Source of the DNA: Schizochytrium sp. TIO01 | Lineage: Eukaryota > Protista > Bigyra: Labyrinthulomycetes | Direction: 5' to 3' | Assembly: GCA_004764695.1 (NCBI GenBank) | Contig: SMSO01000031.1 | Span: 6,554,761 to 6,618,760, forward strand | DNA length: 64,000 nt | Part shown: positions 46,513 through 57,257 of the stretch, one piece after another | Layout: every line of letters starts with the position of its first letter | Numbering within the stretch: position 1 is the first letter of the stretch | Position numbers and translations under genes: made by a program | The notes under the pieces: model-generated | The model's database searches: none | What the model saw: only the letters and a program-made list of their open reading frames with translations | Told to the model about the DNA's origin: nothing

Positions 46513-47540
46513 ATGCTTCAGATCAAACTCACTTGCAAGAAAGTCCGGGTGCAGCTAGACAACGTGAACGTGGAGTCCACTGTTGGAGAACTTAAGCAAC
46601 GCGTGCAAGAGGAAGGCGACAGTCGTCTTGCACCGGAAGCCCAACGAATTTTGCTCAAGAGTAAAGAGCGAAAAGATAGCGTACAAATTAAAGAAGTACT
46701 CACGGCAAATGACTTGAGAAAGCTTGAGAATGGTGATGACGTCTCACTTAAAGGGATGATCTTGCTGACAGAGCGTTATACAAATGTGCTTGATGAAACT
46801 ACTGAATTAGATGCAGAGGAGCAAGACGAAGAAGATGAGTCTGGGGCTGATCCCGAAGCCCACAAGGCAAATTTAACCCCCCTACTTGATGCAGGTGACC
46901 TAGATGAAGGTGCGATCTTACTCAATGTACAACAAGGAAAAGATCTCTTTCAGGTTGTTGCACCCCGTGACTCTTGGACAATTTTGGACGTGAAGCTTAA
47001 TTTGCAGAGCCGCGTAGGTGTGCCCGTCGCGCAGCAACGTTTGTTAATTAAATCAAAGGTCCGTGACAACAATTCTACACTCGTGGAATGCAGTGTGAGT
47101 TCGCCTGGGCCAGTCAAAGCTATGTAAGTTGAATTGATGCAAAACCTAGTTCATGCACGACGTAGGGTTACACCTACACATGAGATGCTTGTCAATTTAC
47201 TGACTTTCTACAATTTTAACACAGGCTTTTGTTCTCTGCTGGATACCACATCGCCCAAGATGGTGCTGCATACCTCGAAATTGCAGATGAGGAGCTCCAA
47301 CGTTGCCAAGAACTTATGCGCAAGATCAAGTCACAGTTAAGCCACCGTGTGGCAGACGCGTTTGAGCTGTCACTGGAGTTGAGTGCCGCAATCGATCGCT
47401 TAGAAAATGTTCAGAGTGGACTTGATAGACCTGTGCCCCAACAACAACGCGATCGGAAAACCAAGGTTCTCCAAGGACTAGCCGAAACCATTGAGAAGCT
47501 GCAGCACATTAGGAAATACGGAGCCAGAACAGAAAAGTAG
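46513..47540 (+). CDS. Two ubiquitin-like domains + C-terminal BAG-like helical domain (putative Hsp70 co-chaperone), 2 exons
   Basis: STVGELKQRV..PEAQRILLK and TILDVKLNLQSRVGVPVAQQRLLIK (UBL). Phase-2 intron 47124-47224 (GTAAGT..ACTGAC..CAG). C-terminal LENVQ..RDRKTKVLQGLAETIEKL resembles BAG. Confidence 0.7.
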
Positions 47541-47875
47541 CTGTACTATGCAAATCTGTCAAGAACAAAACAAGCATTGCCTTGCTTGATCCAGCCAGCA
47601 TCGCACGCTTTACTTCTTTATTTCAAACACAGAAATCTAAAAGCCAATGTCAATATGTTTATTCATATCAACACATGTCATACTTTATAAACTAGTGCTT
47701 GGCGTACCTAGCACTCCTGAAGTTTGTAATATATCAGCACAGGTTTATACGGAAGAAATAAAACACCGAAACAATCAAAGCAAGACAAAAAAATACTTGG
47801 TTTCCCTATGTAGGGAGATATAGTGTTACATCCTTGGTATATGATTATTCACAGCTCCAATACAAGCATCAGCTT

Positions 47876-50875
47876 TCATTTCCTCTTCTTATAATCCTCA
47901 TCATCAGGATACTCACGCTTCAATTTGGCTATGATTGCACTGTGGCTTCTATCAACAGCTGCAGGGTACCCGTCGAGTCCAAGTGTCGATTCTACAAACT
48001 TTACAGTCTTTTGCGCTGTAACCATTCGCTTCGTTGCTCGTTCCCCGCATCGAGGATTGCAATGCGTGCTTGCATCTACAGGCACTTCACCAATGGTGCT
48101 TTGCCAAAGACTCTGCAAATTAGCGAAGAGGACGCGTTTCCTACGTTCAAAGTCTGATTCATAGTTAACCTCTGGGTCGGTGTGTGCGAAGCGTTCACTC
48201 AAAGCACGACGAGTCTGGCCCATAACACCCATCGACATCCAAGCAGCAAAAATCTCATAACAAAGAAACGCAGTATCTACCAACACATTACGAATGTCTC
48301 GTTTAGTAAGAGCTCGGTTCTGCTCCGCTGCGTCTCCAGCTCCAAATAAACCGTACATGAGGAAAACGCAGCCTACAAGTTTTGAGAACATCGCAAACTC
48401 AAAGATTTTCCCCTCCCACGCAAATTCATAATAGTTCGGGAAATGTATAAGGGACCACATTGTAAGTGTAATTTCGATTGAGAAGATTGACATGTATACT
48501 GTCATGTCAAACTGAGGATGGTAGATCCCGGTGGCCAAGGCGAAAATCTTGAATAAAAACAGAATCACCATCACAAAGGTCTTGTCCCATACCCGTTCAA
48601 TTGAAGCTAGCTGCTGTTTATCTTCGTCACGATACTCATTCCACTTTGTGTCATGTGGCCAACGAACGAACGATAGGACAAGATGCCGTCCTGCGCCACA
48701 TGCCTCCATAGCCGTCGCCAAGGGCTCGTAGTTGGTAGCGTGAAATACACGACCACGAACTGCATATCCATTACCTTCGCCGCTGGGAACCAGCATATCA
48801 CCACATTTGATAGGGCCATGAACCTTAATTGGAACTTGACCTAAGAAACCACACAAAAGACCTTTAGCCCTTGATGCACCTAATGGCACGCCCGCTGCGA
48901 CGGAAGGCGCTGTGCTCACCACCAAAAAAGGACCAAGGCCAGAAGTGTCACGCGTGATTTTTTGTTCAGGCGAACGCAACTGAACTACATCACCCGGCTC
49001 AATAAGTTCATCAGGGTTCAGTTTCTCAAACCATTCTGCGTAATCAGCAGCCTCCGGTGGGGTTACCAACTGGCCATTGATACCACCCTCCACGGTCAAA
49101 GTTCCCATCACATGAAGGTTGCGTACCCAGAGATCGCTCTTGAAAACAGCGTCTCCATGTACTTGGAGGCCACCGTTTACGTGAACGATATCATCTGGCG
49201 CCCCGCTGTCTTTGCTATAGACGTAGGAAAGTAGATTTCCACCAGATTTTGTTTGAGGATTTGCATCCCGAGATCCCATTGAATCGGTCCCTGGTGAAGC
49301 AGGTCCTGGGCGATTAGTCGTTTCTGCATGAGGAGACACGCCCTCCCGTGATTTATAGGATGCAGGTGCGTCAACAGGTGTTGTGCGACCAGATGGAGGG
49401 CGAGATTCACTGCTTCGTGACTCCGTTCCTGCACCTTCCGTGCTGCCACTTTCCAGCTCAGACTTTGCGCGTTTATTGTCGGGATGTTGCGCCAGTGGCC
49501 AGAAATGTACGAGGGATGGTATATCAGGTACAACGTACAATCTACAGTTCGACTTTTTCACTTCTGTATCTACATCAGGTCGCCGAATTAGGTTAAACCA
49601 GCGTCCAGTGTAACCGTGCGAAGGACTTTGATTAGATCCGGTCTTATACGAGCGAACTCGCCTACTCATTTTCCGCGCTACTACACCACACAAATAGTCG
49701 CTTTTAGGAGACCACCAAATCTCACCATTAGAGAAACTTTGGTACTTGACACCTACCAGCAGCTCTGGAGAGCCCAATGATTCTTGCCGTTCTGCTTCTG
49801 TCAATAAATTTGCTGTGTTCTGCACAAAAAAACAGGGGGTATCAGTACAAATAGGCGACGCTTGTGGCCGTGTTGGAATGTCCGCTGCAAGCTGTCCCTG
49901 GCTGGCAGCAACTAACAAGTCATACACTTGGTCAAAGCTAAGAGATGAATCTGTCTCTGGAGAGCTCGTACTTGCTATTTGCGTTGCGCCTCGTTTTGCA
50001 CGCAAAGGCTCTCCAGAGGTAGGGCTTTGCCTATTGGTATCTGATGCTGTCTCCCCAGTTGGACTTGATCCTTCATTTTCGTGTGACGACGACGATGAAG
50101 ATGATGGCGCTGGGCGCAGTTGCTGAGGGCGTGCCCCCTGTGGTGGTGAGTTGGTCGAGGTGTGAGACGCATAAGTGGATGGCATCGTGCCGGCTTGAGA
50201 AGGCCTTGATGGTGAGGATGAAGGTGCTGACGAGGTAGTTGAAGAGGAAGAAGACGAAGACGAAGAAGATCCAATTGGCATTCTTGACGCAGAATTGGAA
50301 GGCGGCATATGTTGACTGCGCTGGATTCCGCGTTCAAAAGAAATTGGCAGCTCATCATCTTCTGATTCTTGTATAATCATTAAATCGTCCAAACCTTCAT
50401 CAAACCCAGAAAAGCTATTGGCGCTCCCACTCGAAGTCATGCCTCTCCCAAAGGGAGCGACTTGAGTATTATCTAATGGTGCAAAGCCTTGGCGCATTTG
50501 CATGTCCACAGTCGCGGGATGCTGCATTGCCTCAGTCGGAAGACTGCTCTTTGAAATAGGTACACTTGAAGCGTTGCTAGAATGGTGACTATGAATAGTT
50601 GGAATGGATGGAACGTACATGTGAGCTCCATAATTAAAATAAGATCCTGCCGAACCAGGTGGGGCACTAGGATGAGCTTGTCGCAGAACATTTTGTTCAG
50701 GCAGTGGACGATGTTGCTGTTGCGAATGCGCTTGGGAATGCATCGAAGTAAACTGTTGGGCAGATATTGCTGCAAGGTTTTGTTTTGACTCATCTGCGCC
50801 TCTTAAGTTCGATGCATCCCTGTTCGATCTGCTGCCATTATTGTTATATGGCAAAGGATAATGTGAAGGATTCAT
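47876..50875 (-). CDS. Putative membrane-tethered, self-cleaving protein: S/Q/P-rich region + globular (CG-1-like?) domain + beta-helix + peptidase G2-like autocleavage domain + 4 TM
   Basis: 999-aa ORF containing ADYAEWFE..IEPGDVVQL..VVSTAPSVAAG..GFLGQVPIKVHGPIKCGDMLVPSG..GYA, preceded by VHVNGGLQVHGD..LHVMGTLTVEG repeats and followed by four hydrophobic helices. Confidence 0.8.
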   Translation of the reverse strand: MNPSHYPLPYNNNGSRSNRDASNLRGADESKQNLAAISAQQFTSMHSQAHSQQQHRPLPEQNVLRQAHPSAPPGSAGSYFNYGAHMYVPSIPTIHSHHSSNASSVPISKSSLPTEAMQHPATVDMQMRQGFAPLDNTQVAPFGRGMTSSGSANSFSGFDEGLDDLMIIQESEDDELPISFERGIQRSQHMPPSNSASRMPIGSSSSSSSSSSTTSSAPSSSPSRPSQAGTMPSTYASHTSTNSPPQGARPQQLRPAPSSSSSSSHENEGSSPTGETASDTNRQSPTSGEPLRAKRGATQIASTSSPETDSSLSFDQVYDLLVAASQGQLAADIPTRPQASPICTDTPCFFVQNTANLLTEAERQESLGSPELLVGVKYQSFSNGEIWWSPKSDYLCGVVARKMSRRVRSYKTGSNQSPSHGYTGRWFNLIRRPDVDTEVKKSNCRLYVVPDIPSLVHFWPLAQHPDNKRAKSELESGSTEGAGTESRSSESRPPSGRTTPVDAPASYKSREGVSPHAETTNRPGPASPGTDSMGSRDANPQTKSGGNLLSYVYSKDSGAPDDIVHVNGGLQVHGDAVFKSDLWVRNLHVMGTLTVEGGINGQLVTPPEAADYAEWFEKLNPDELIEPGDVVQLRSPEQKITRDTSGLGPFLVVSTAPSVAAGVPLGASRAKGLLCGFLGQVPIKVHGPIKCGDMLVPSGEGNGYAVRGRVFHATNYEPLATAMEACGAGRHLVLSFVRWPHDTKWNEYRDEDKQQLASIERVWDKTFVMVILFLFKIFALATGIYHPQFDMTVYMSIFSIEITLTMWSLIHFPNYYEFAWEGKIFEFAMFSKLVGCVFLMYGLFGAGDAAEQNRALTKRDIRNVLVDTAFLCYEIFAAWMSMGVMGQTRRALSERFAHTDPEVNYESDFERRKRVLFANLQSLWQSTIGEVPVDASTHCNPRCGERATKRMVTAQKTVKFVESTLGLDGYPAAVDRSHSAIIAKLKREYPDDEDYKKRK

Positions 50876-51564
50876 AATGGCAACGTGTAGTTTCTCCCAC
50901 TACAAAACCAAAATTGAAGTCTGACTCTTTCCTTTCTCCCGGTCCCTCAGACTTTGATTACACGCCTACGAAAAACCTGCCGGGCTGAGCACCAAAAATA
51001 GATAGAAGACCTTCTTCGCAAATAGTTCACCAAGTTGATCAATTTTGATCGTGTAGAGTGCGTCTACAAATAACGTGCTTGAAACAACAAAGAATAAAAT
51101 GCTGCTCCAGTACCGCCAACCACGTGCAAATTACGGCCGTCTCTAGAGAAGAACAACAGCAAGATCTCTGATCTCAACCCTCGCCAGGGAATTGCGAGCG
51201 TCTTCTTGTCCCTTGCAGACAATACGCAAGGTGCGCGCGCGGAGGAAACTCGGACCACAAGAGCGCCTGCCCGAGCAAAGGAAGGATTAAACGAATAGTC
51301 AATGGCCCCTTCAGTGATCCACCAAGCGATCGCCAATGGCGCAGTGCCGCAGGTTGTCCTCTACTCCCGCTGCTTAACGCAAAGCCCCGCCAGGTCCGAG
51401 GTGTCTCGCAGCCCCTAGGGCTAGCCTCCGCCGCTCCAAGCTCGCTCTCCGCAGGCCTCGAAGTGTCTTTGAGTACTCGCGCGGCTGCCGACCTCAGCGG
51501 ATAGGACTCCGCTATCCGGCGCTACGAGCTCCCTCGTTCAAGAAGGGCCCACGGAAGCCGGCCA

Positions 51565-51650
51565 AAGTGAGTTATAGAGGAGCACAAGTCGACTATAGAC
51601 TCCCGCAAGTGGGTTATAGCGGGGCCGCAAGTGGGTTATAGAGGCGCGTA
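51565..51650. repeat. Four degenerate 21-22-bp direct repeats (AAGTGRGTTATAG core)
   Basis: aagtgagttatagaggagcac / aagtcgactatagactcccgc / aagtgggttatagcggggccgc / aagtgggttatagaggcgcgt. Confidence 0.75.
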
Positions 51651-51812
51651 CAGTGGATTTCGACTTGGAAGCTGCGCGTGGTCATTTGCGATCCAAGGCG
51701 CGGCGGCGTCCTACTATGTGCTATGGTAAAGCATAGGAGGCCACGCCGGCAGGCAGTATCGTCAGCAGAAAGAAAAGGACATCGCAGAGAGTATGGAAAG
51801 AAACAAAGTTAG

Positions 51813-51915
51813 AGCTTACTTACTAATTGACTGACTTATTGACTGACTTATTGACTTACTTCAACTTACTTACTTCAACTTACTTACTAATTAGCTGACA
51901 TATTTACTTACTCAG
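51813..51915. repeat. Degenerate ACTT/ACTG/ATTG simple-repeat tract
   Basis: Direct read. Confidence 0.75.
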
Positions 51916-53237
51916 TGACTTCAAGTTGGATTGAAGGTATTGCGAGGTAAATTAAGCCAAAAAGCACTCACTCAATCACCCACTGACTTCGTTTGCACAC
52001 GTGACGAACAAGATGATCGATCGACGAATTCGTCTCTTATAAAGTTGGAGAGATCTGGCTGGCCAGGACGGGGTAGTTTCTAGAGTGTAATCGCTGGGTA
52101 GGTGGATGGCTTCGTGGTCAGCGAGAATGAATTAAAACAACGAGATTGAATCGATCAGCTACGTACCTAGCTATTTAGCGTTTTCGTAAGGAGTAGAGTA
52201 GAAGAGTGGTTTATGCTTTAGGAATAGACAAAAACGAAACCTTTCATCTTAGGAACACCATGACTGTTTTGAAGAGATCTCTTCGTGGTCGCTCTCGTTC
52301 ACTAGTTCATTCCTTCCTAATAGGTCTTTTCAGGTTGTTGAGCCATAGGACCTACCTTCCGAAGAGTAACTTTATAATTTTTGAGACTGGATTCTTATAA
52401 GCATGCTTTTTCACGGACAACTTGAACAATCAATCTCATATTGCCTTGTGGCAATCCTGATAAGTAAAGATCCACCTACGAAGTATGAAGAAATGGCTCT
52501 ACCTAGATACTTGAAGTTCAAGCAATCTCCATTTGGTAGCGGTCACTAGTAGGTATGGGATTATAGAGCTATGCAAGAAGTGCACTGGTTTTATATACCT
52601 AGGTCCGACCAGCAACACATAGAATGTGTTTCCTTATTTTTATACTGGTAAAAGGAGGTAAGGATCGATAGAAATACCACTGACTCCTTAGTGATAGTGG
52701 ACAACGCTATGTTGGGTAAACTCTCGTGCCTTCTCGAAATGTATTGTCCGTGATAGATAGGGGTTTTGTAATTTTTAAAATGTATTTTTTTTATACCGAG
52801 GCTATTCATTAAGAGGTTATGATTTATGCATCTATTCATTTGTTTGTTTTTTAATGACTGCAGTTTGCTTTCGTGGGCCCCGTAACTCGGCTTGAAATTA
52901 GGTTTCTCCAAGTAAGGGGAGCGTTTGGCTGTCTTGAATTTCAAGACCTTGCGGACTTTCCTCCTCCAAAAGAGAAATAGTAGGTGTTGAATATTGTTAG
53001 GAATGTCACTCATGCACTCGGTGTTTTAAGAACTCCTGCAAGCTAGACATATTATTGAAGGGAAATAAGGGTATCGGCATCATTGCAGAGATGCTGCATT
53101 AAGGGAGCTTTGCAAAATCCTCGTCGAGTCTACTTTGGTGAATTGTAAAATTGAGCTGAAGCATGGGACAAGACTCAAAGGTACATAAACTCTAGTTTAT
53201 ATAAACAAATGGTTTACTACAGAACCATGATCAAGAT

Positions 53238-55382
53238 CTAGCGTGAAGAATGGCGCGACCGAGGCGGTAGAGGTGCTGCAGCATTCCAGGCTGGTTTATG
53301 GGCTGCAGCTGCAATTTCTGAAGCCCGAGCATCGCGACGGCCATCTGTAGCACGCAACTGTTCAGCAGGACCTTCTGCATTAGATAGATCTTGAGTTTCC
53401 ATGAAATCAATTGACGAAGTTCGAGCTGGCTGTTCGCGCCCACGCTTTCCTCCACCATCAAAACGACGTGAATTCGATGAATCTGTGAAGTTCCCATCAT
53501 CATCTGATTTTTCTCTTACAATAAAAGGAGGTGGGGTTTTGCTTCTGCGACGACGCAGTGACGAAATAGTATCTACCTGGTGGCCTAAATACCCTGTCTC
53601 AGAATCTGAACCAACAGATTTAGTACGGTGTCGAGATATCATGGTGTGCTGTCTAGATGGAACACGGGTTGTACGATGACTCGAGCGGCTGGTTGACGCA
53701 GCAGACGCAACTTTAGATTTGGAAGACCTATTCTTCTTTAACTTTGAATTCTCACGGCGCGAAGAGACACGACGTGTGGTCCGCGGAGGTGGGTGGTCTC
53801 CGATATTTTCATCCTCCTCTTCATCTTCGTGGTCGTACAAGTTCAATGAACGCATAGCTAGTTCGTATCTCGATGGGCCGTGCTTGGATTCAGTACCAAG
53901 TCTAGCTGGTTCATGCTCAGACTCCAGAGCTTCGGTAGTTTCTTGCAACATTGCACGTAATCTCTTTTCTTGAATACGGCCTCGACGCACACGCTGAGCC
54001 ATACCCTCCTGCGCTGCGTCAAAAACATCCATGAAATTCTCCACTGTATTCATACTATCTGTCACGAGCCTGCTCTGTTCAGAAAGCTTACGCTCCACAG
54101 CTTCAAGTACATTCCGGAGATTCTTATTAAGGTCCGCCACTGCTCTCTGAATCATCTCTTTTACTTCTTGACGAGAAAGCGGGTGTGATAATGAATGATC
54201 TACCCTATCTTGTTCGCCTTCGCTAACTACAGCTGTACCAGGAGAATAATCTTCATTTGCACCTACAGGTACGTGGCTTGAATTCTCAGCCAACGTCGAG
54301 CTTGTGCGGATTCCGTTTCGCCGAAGCTCCTGACGTAAAGAGCTCACTTGTTCACGAAGGTGAGTATTATCTTGCTCCAGTGTCTCTTGACGGAGTTCCA
54401 TCTCATCAATGCGTCTAACGAGGCGAGCAACCGTTTGTGTGGACGCACTAGGACCATTCAGTTCTCCAAGCTTGCGTTCTAGAGTCTGAATAGTTTCTTC
54501 GAGACGGGTTGTAGTTGTATCTGTATATTGAATTGACTCCTGGCGAACCCGTTCAACCTCGGCTCGCAGAGATGATACTTGCTCAGGAGAATTCTGCGCA
54601 AATTTTACGCGTGAGGTGTTGTTTTTACCACCACGGCCCTTGCCAATATTATTGTCTGCATCTTCAAGCACTGGACGTAAGCCAAAGCCCCCAGCTTCAG
54701 CTGCCTCAAACGACTTGAAGTGCTCTAGCCCGTTTGTTACTCTTGTTTCCAAAGAAGACACCCGCAGATCGAGCTGTTCCCGGAGCGCCTCTACACGAAG
54801 CTCAAGCTTGCTTTGGAGGGTCTCTGCAGCCGCTTTAGATTCTGCTCGGGCCATGTCCCCCAAAGAAACAATCCTCGTTTCATTGGTCTTACTCCTGGCC
54901 TCCTCCAATTCGAGGCGACTACTCATGTCGAGCACCTTTTCTTCGAGACGACGTCGTAGAACTTCCGTAAGATCCTTTTGCCGTTGCTCAAATGTCTCAG
55001 TTTCCGCACGCAGATTTCCAAGTCCTCGATGAGTTTGCTCAATTTTAGTCTCTATTTGTGCCACATCATTTTGCAAATCGTCAAGTTTTCGTGTTGTGGT
55101 TTTGTTTACATCTTGACCTGTGGATTCTGTGAGCTTGACGGCTCTCGCGAGATTGTTGATTCGCTCCTCAAACGAGAGCACAGATGCCTGGACCTCTTCA
55201 ATGCGGTCTCCGAATGACTGTGAAACAAGGCATGCTGAGCTCACGCGCTCCAATTGTACCTCCAGGAAGCTCAAATACGCAGCTCGGTCTGTCAAAAGTC
55301 TTTCATCCTCCAATGGAGACTTTTCGCGTGCCTTGGATCTGCGGTACTCCTCGTAGTACGAGCCACTCTTATTCGCAAGCAT
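53238..55382 (-). CDS. Long coiled-coil protein of unknown function
   Basis: 714-aa intact ORF, heptad-rich for about the first 490 aa, with an S/R-rich disordered tail. Confidence 0.75.
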   Translation of the reverse strand: MLANKSGSYYEEYRRSKAREKSPLEDERLLTDRAAYLSFLEVQLERVSSACLVSQSFGDRIEEVQASVLSFEERINNLARAVKLTESTGQDVNKTTTRKLDDLQNDVAQIETKIEQTHRGLGNLRAETETFEQRQKDLTEVLRRRLEEKVLDMSSRLELEEARSKTNETRIVSLGDMARAESKAAAETLQSKLELRVEALREQLDLRVSSLETRVTNGLEHFKSFEAAEAGGFGLRPVLEDADNNIGKGRGGKNNTSRVKFAQNSPEQVSSLRAEVERVRQESIQYTDTTTTRLEETIQTLERKLGELNGPSASTQTVARLVRRIDEMELRQETLEQDNTHLREQVSSLRQELRRNGIRTSSTLAENSSHVPVGANEDYSPGTAVVSEGEQDRVDHSLSHPLSRQEVKEMIQRAVADLNKNLRNVLEAVERKLSEQSRLVTDSMNTVENFMDVFDAAQEGMAQRVRRGRIQEKRLRAMLQETTEALESEHEPARLGTESKHGPSRYELAMRSLNLYDHEDEEEDENIGDHPPPRTTRRVSSRRENSKLKKNRSSKSKVASAASTSRSSHRTTRVPSRQHTMISRHRTKSVGSDSETGYLGHQVDTISSLRRRRSKTPPPFIVREKSDDDGNFTDSSNSRRFDGGGKRGREQPARTSSIDFMETQDLSNAEGPAEQLRATDGRRDARASEIAAAAHKPAWNAAAPLPPRSRHSSR

Positions 55383-56190
55383 TGCCCAGCCCTCCTCAGA
55401 TAGGTATGCCCAAGGCTATCGAGCAAGCAGAAGGTTTGAAACCAGCGATGAATGAGCAAGTCGTTGATTGCTCGAAGCCAATACAAGAAATAGTGCCCGT
55501 TACATCGAAAGGTGTCCCAATGCATCTCATGCTTGCAGATTAATTAGCACTTTTTATAGTAGTGAGACCTTATTGCACTATTAGTAGCAGAACGTGTGAG
55601 TGTTCTCGTTTTGTGGGAAAAGTGATACTGGAGATTTGAAGAAAAGTCAACACCGAACTTAAGTAAGTGGGTTATGGATTGAGGTTGCAAGTGACGAGAT
55701 AGTCGAGGGGTAGAGTTGAAAAAAGTGAAACAGTTTGAGAAGATATTGTCATACTAATAAGGGTTTCAATAGTTAGGATATCGTGGGGCTTATGAGAATG
55801 TCGCATGGCAAACGGCAACTCCTCGGGTTTCCTGTTCGAAACGTATACTGATGTTTAATGTCTTTTCAAGTTGAACTGTAAAGCTGTACAGTGTTTGGTG
55901 TCATTGTCAGGTGACTGGTATATTTGACTGATCTATAATGATTTATGTTTACTTTGTTTTTTTCAGTATTTGCAGCGACGAATGATGAGTTTCATTAAGC
56001 GTGAAGCCAAGTGTTGAAATTAGTCAACTGTTTGTTCGAGCTAGATGGCCTACCATTAACTCATTATATGTATATATATACATATATGAATGTCGACAGA
56101 GAAACATGTTTTCTCAACTGAAGAAAGGTTTTGATCATCATAGTTTAAACATAACGTAGCTAGGTGTAAGAATATAGTAGAGCAGGTTCT

Positions 56191-57257
56191 TTATTTGCTG
56201 GCGAGACGAATGATGCGAAAGTGAACCGGCCCGTAACGATCAGGGTCGTCACTATCACTCTCGTAGTCCTCTTCGGTTGGGTTCGCGCGCCATGCAATCT
56301 TACGATCAGGACTGACATCAAGACCGTGAACCTCGACAGCCTTGGCGAAGAAACGAGCAGCAGTGCCACGTCCATCATCATGGTTCATGTAAGTGAGAAT
56401 AGCAACTGCTTCGGCATCCTCAGGTGCACGTTTGAGAAAGTCGACACAGGTCTGAAGAAGATTATCATGTTGGTTTCCCATCCAAAGAGTATCTGCCATG
56501 AGAATGATATCAAAGTAATTGTCGGGAACTTTCTCAAGGAGCTCATCGATAGACTCGCCCCACTTAAATCCTTGCACAACAGCAGGAGCATCGGTCTCCG
56601 CCTTGTTCACTTCTACGTTACGCTCCATGTTTTCTACAATGACATCCTCTGGGTAGTCTGTGATTGCAACAAACTTTGCCCCCATCTTCCTTGAGACAAT
56701 TCCAGGCAGAGCAGCGCCAGCACCAAGCTGCAATCAGAAAATGATTATCGAATGTACCCACAAGTGAATTAAACCCCAAACCAATACACCACGGATCGTA
56801 ATTGACACATAGAAGTTAGTGTTATCTGCGCTCATCAATATAAACACTGGTCGTAGATTGACCTTATATTATCTGCACTTACCTCAAGCACACGCTTGCC
56901 CTTAACATTGATAGTATCATTGTAGATCTCCTCAGCCATGGTGATGCTGGATTGCCAGACATGCTGAGCCATAAGATGAACGTTTCCGTTCGCCAGAAAT
57001 AGCTTCACGGGCTTCTCGAAGGCAGCCTTTTTGGCAGCCTCTGCACTGCCATCTTCCTCGCTAGAGTTCTCTTCCGTGGCATCTTTTTTGGCAGCAGATT
57101 TCTTCTGCTTGGGCGGCAGCCACTCAAAGGGCTCCTCTGGGTCGCCATGGTTGACACGCTCGCAGCCGAAGAGCCCGTCAAGATCCATGAGCACCGCGTC
57201 GGGCGCCCCGAGAGCCTCGACCTCCCCGGCTGTCGAGTTGTGGTCTTCCTCCGCCAT
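56191..57257 (-). CDS. Methyltransf_16-family protein lysine/N-terminal methyltransferase (EFM7/NNT1-like), 2 exons
   Basis: HLMAQHVWQSS..KGKRVLE|LGAGAALPGI (motif I rebuilt across intron 56728-56882, GTAAGT..CAG), ITDYPE, FKWGE, FDIILMADTLW. An alternative upstream in-frame ATG lies at about 57338. Confidence 0.88.
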
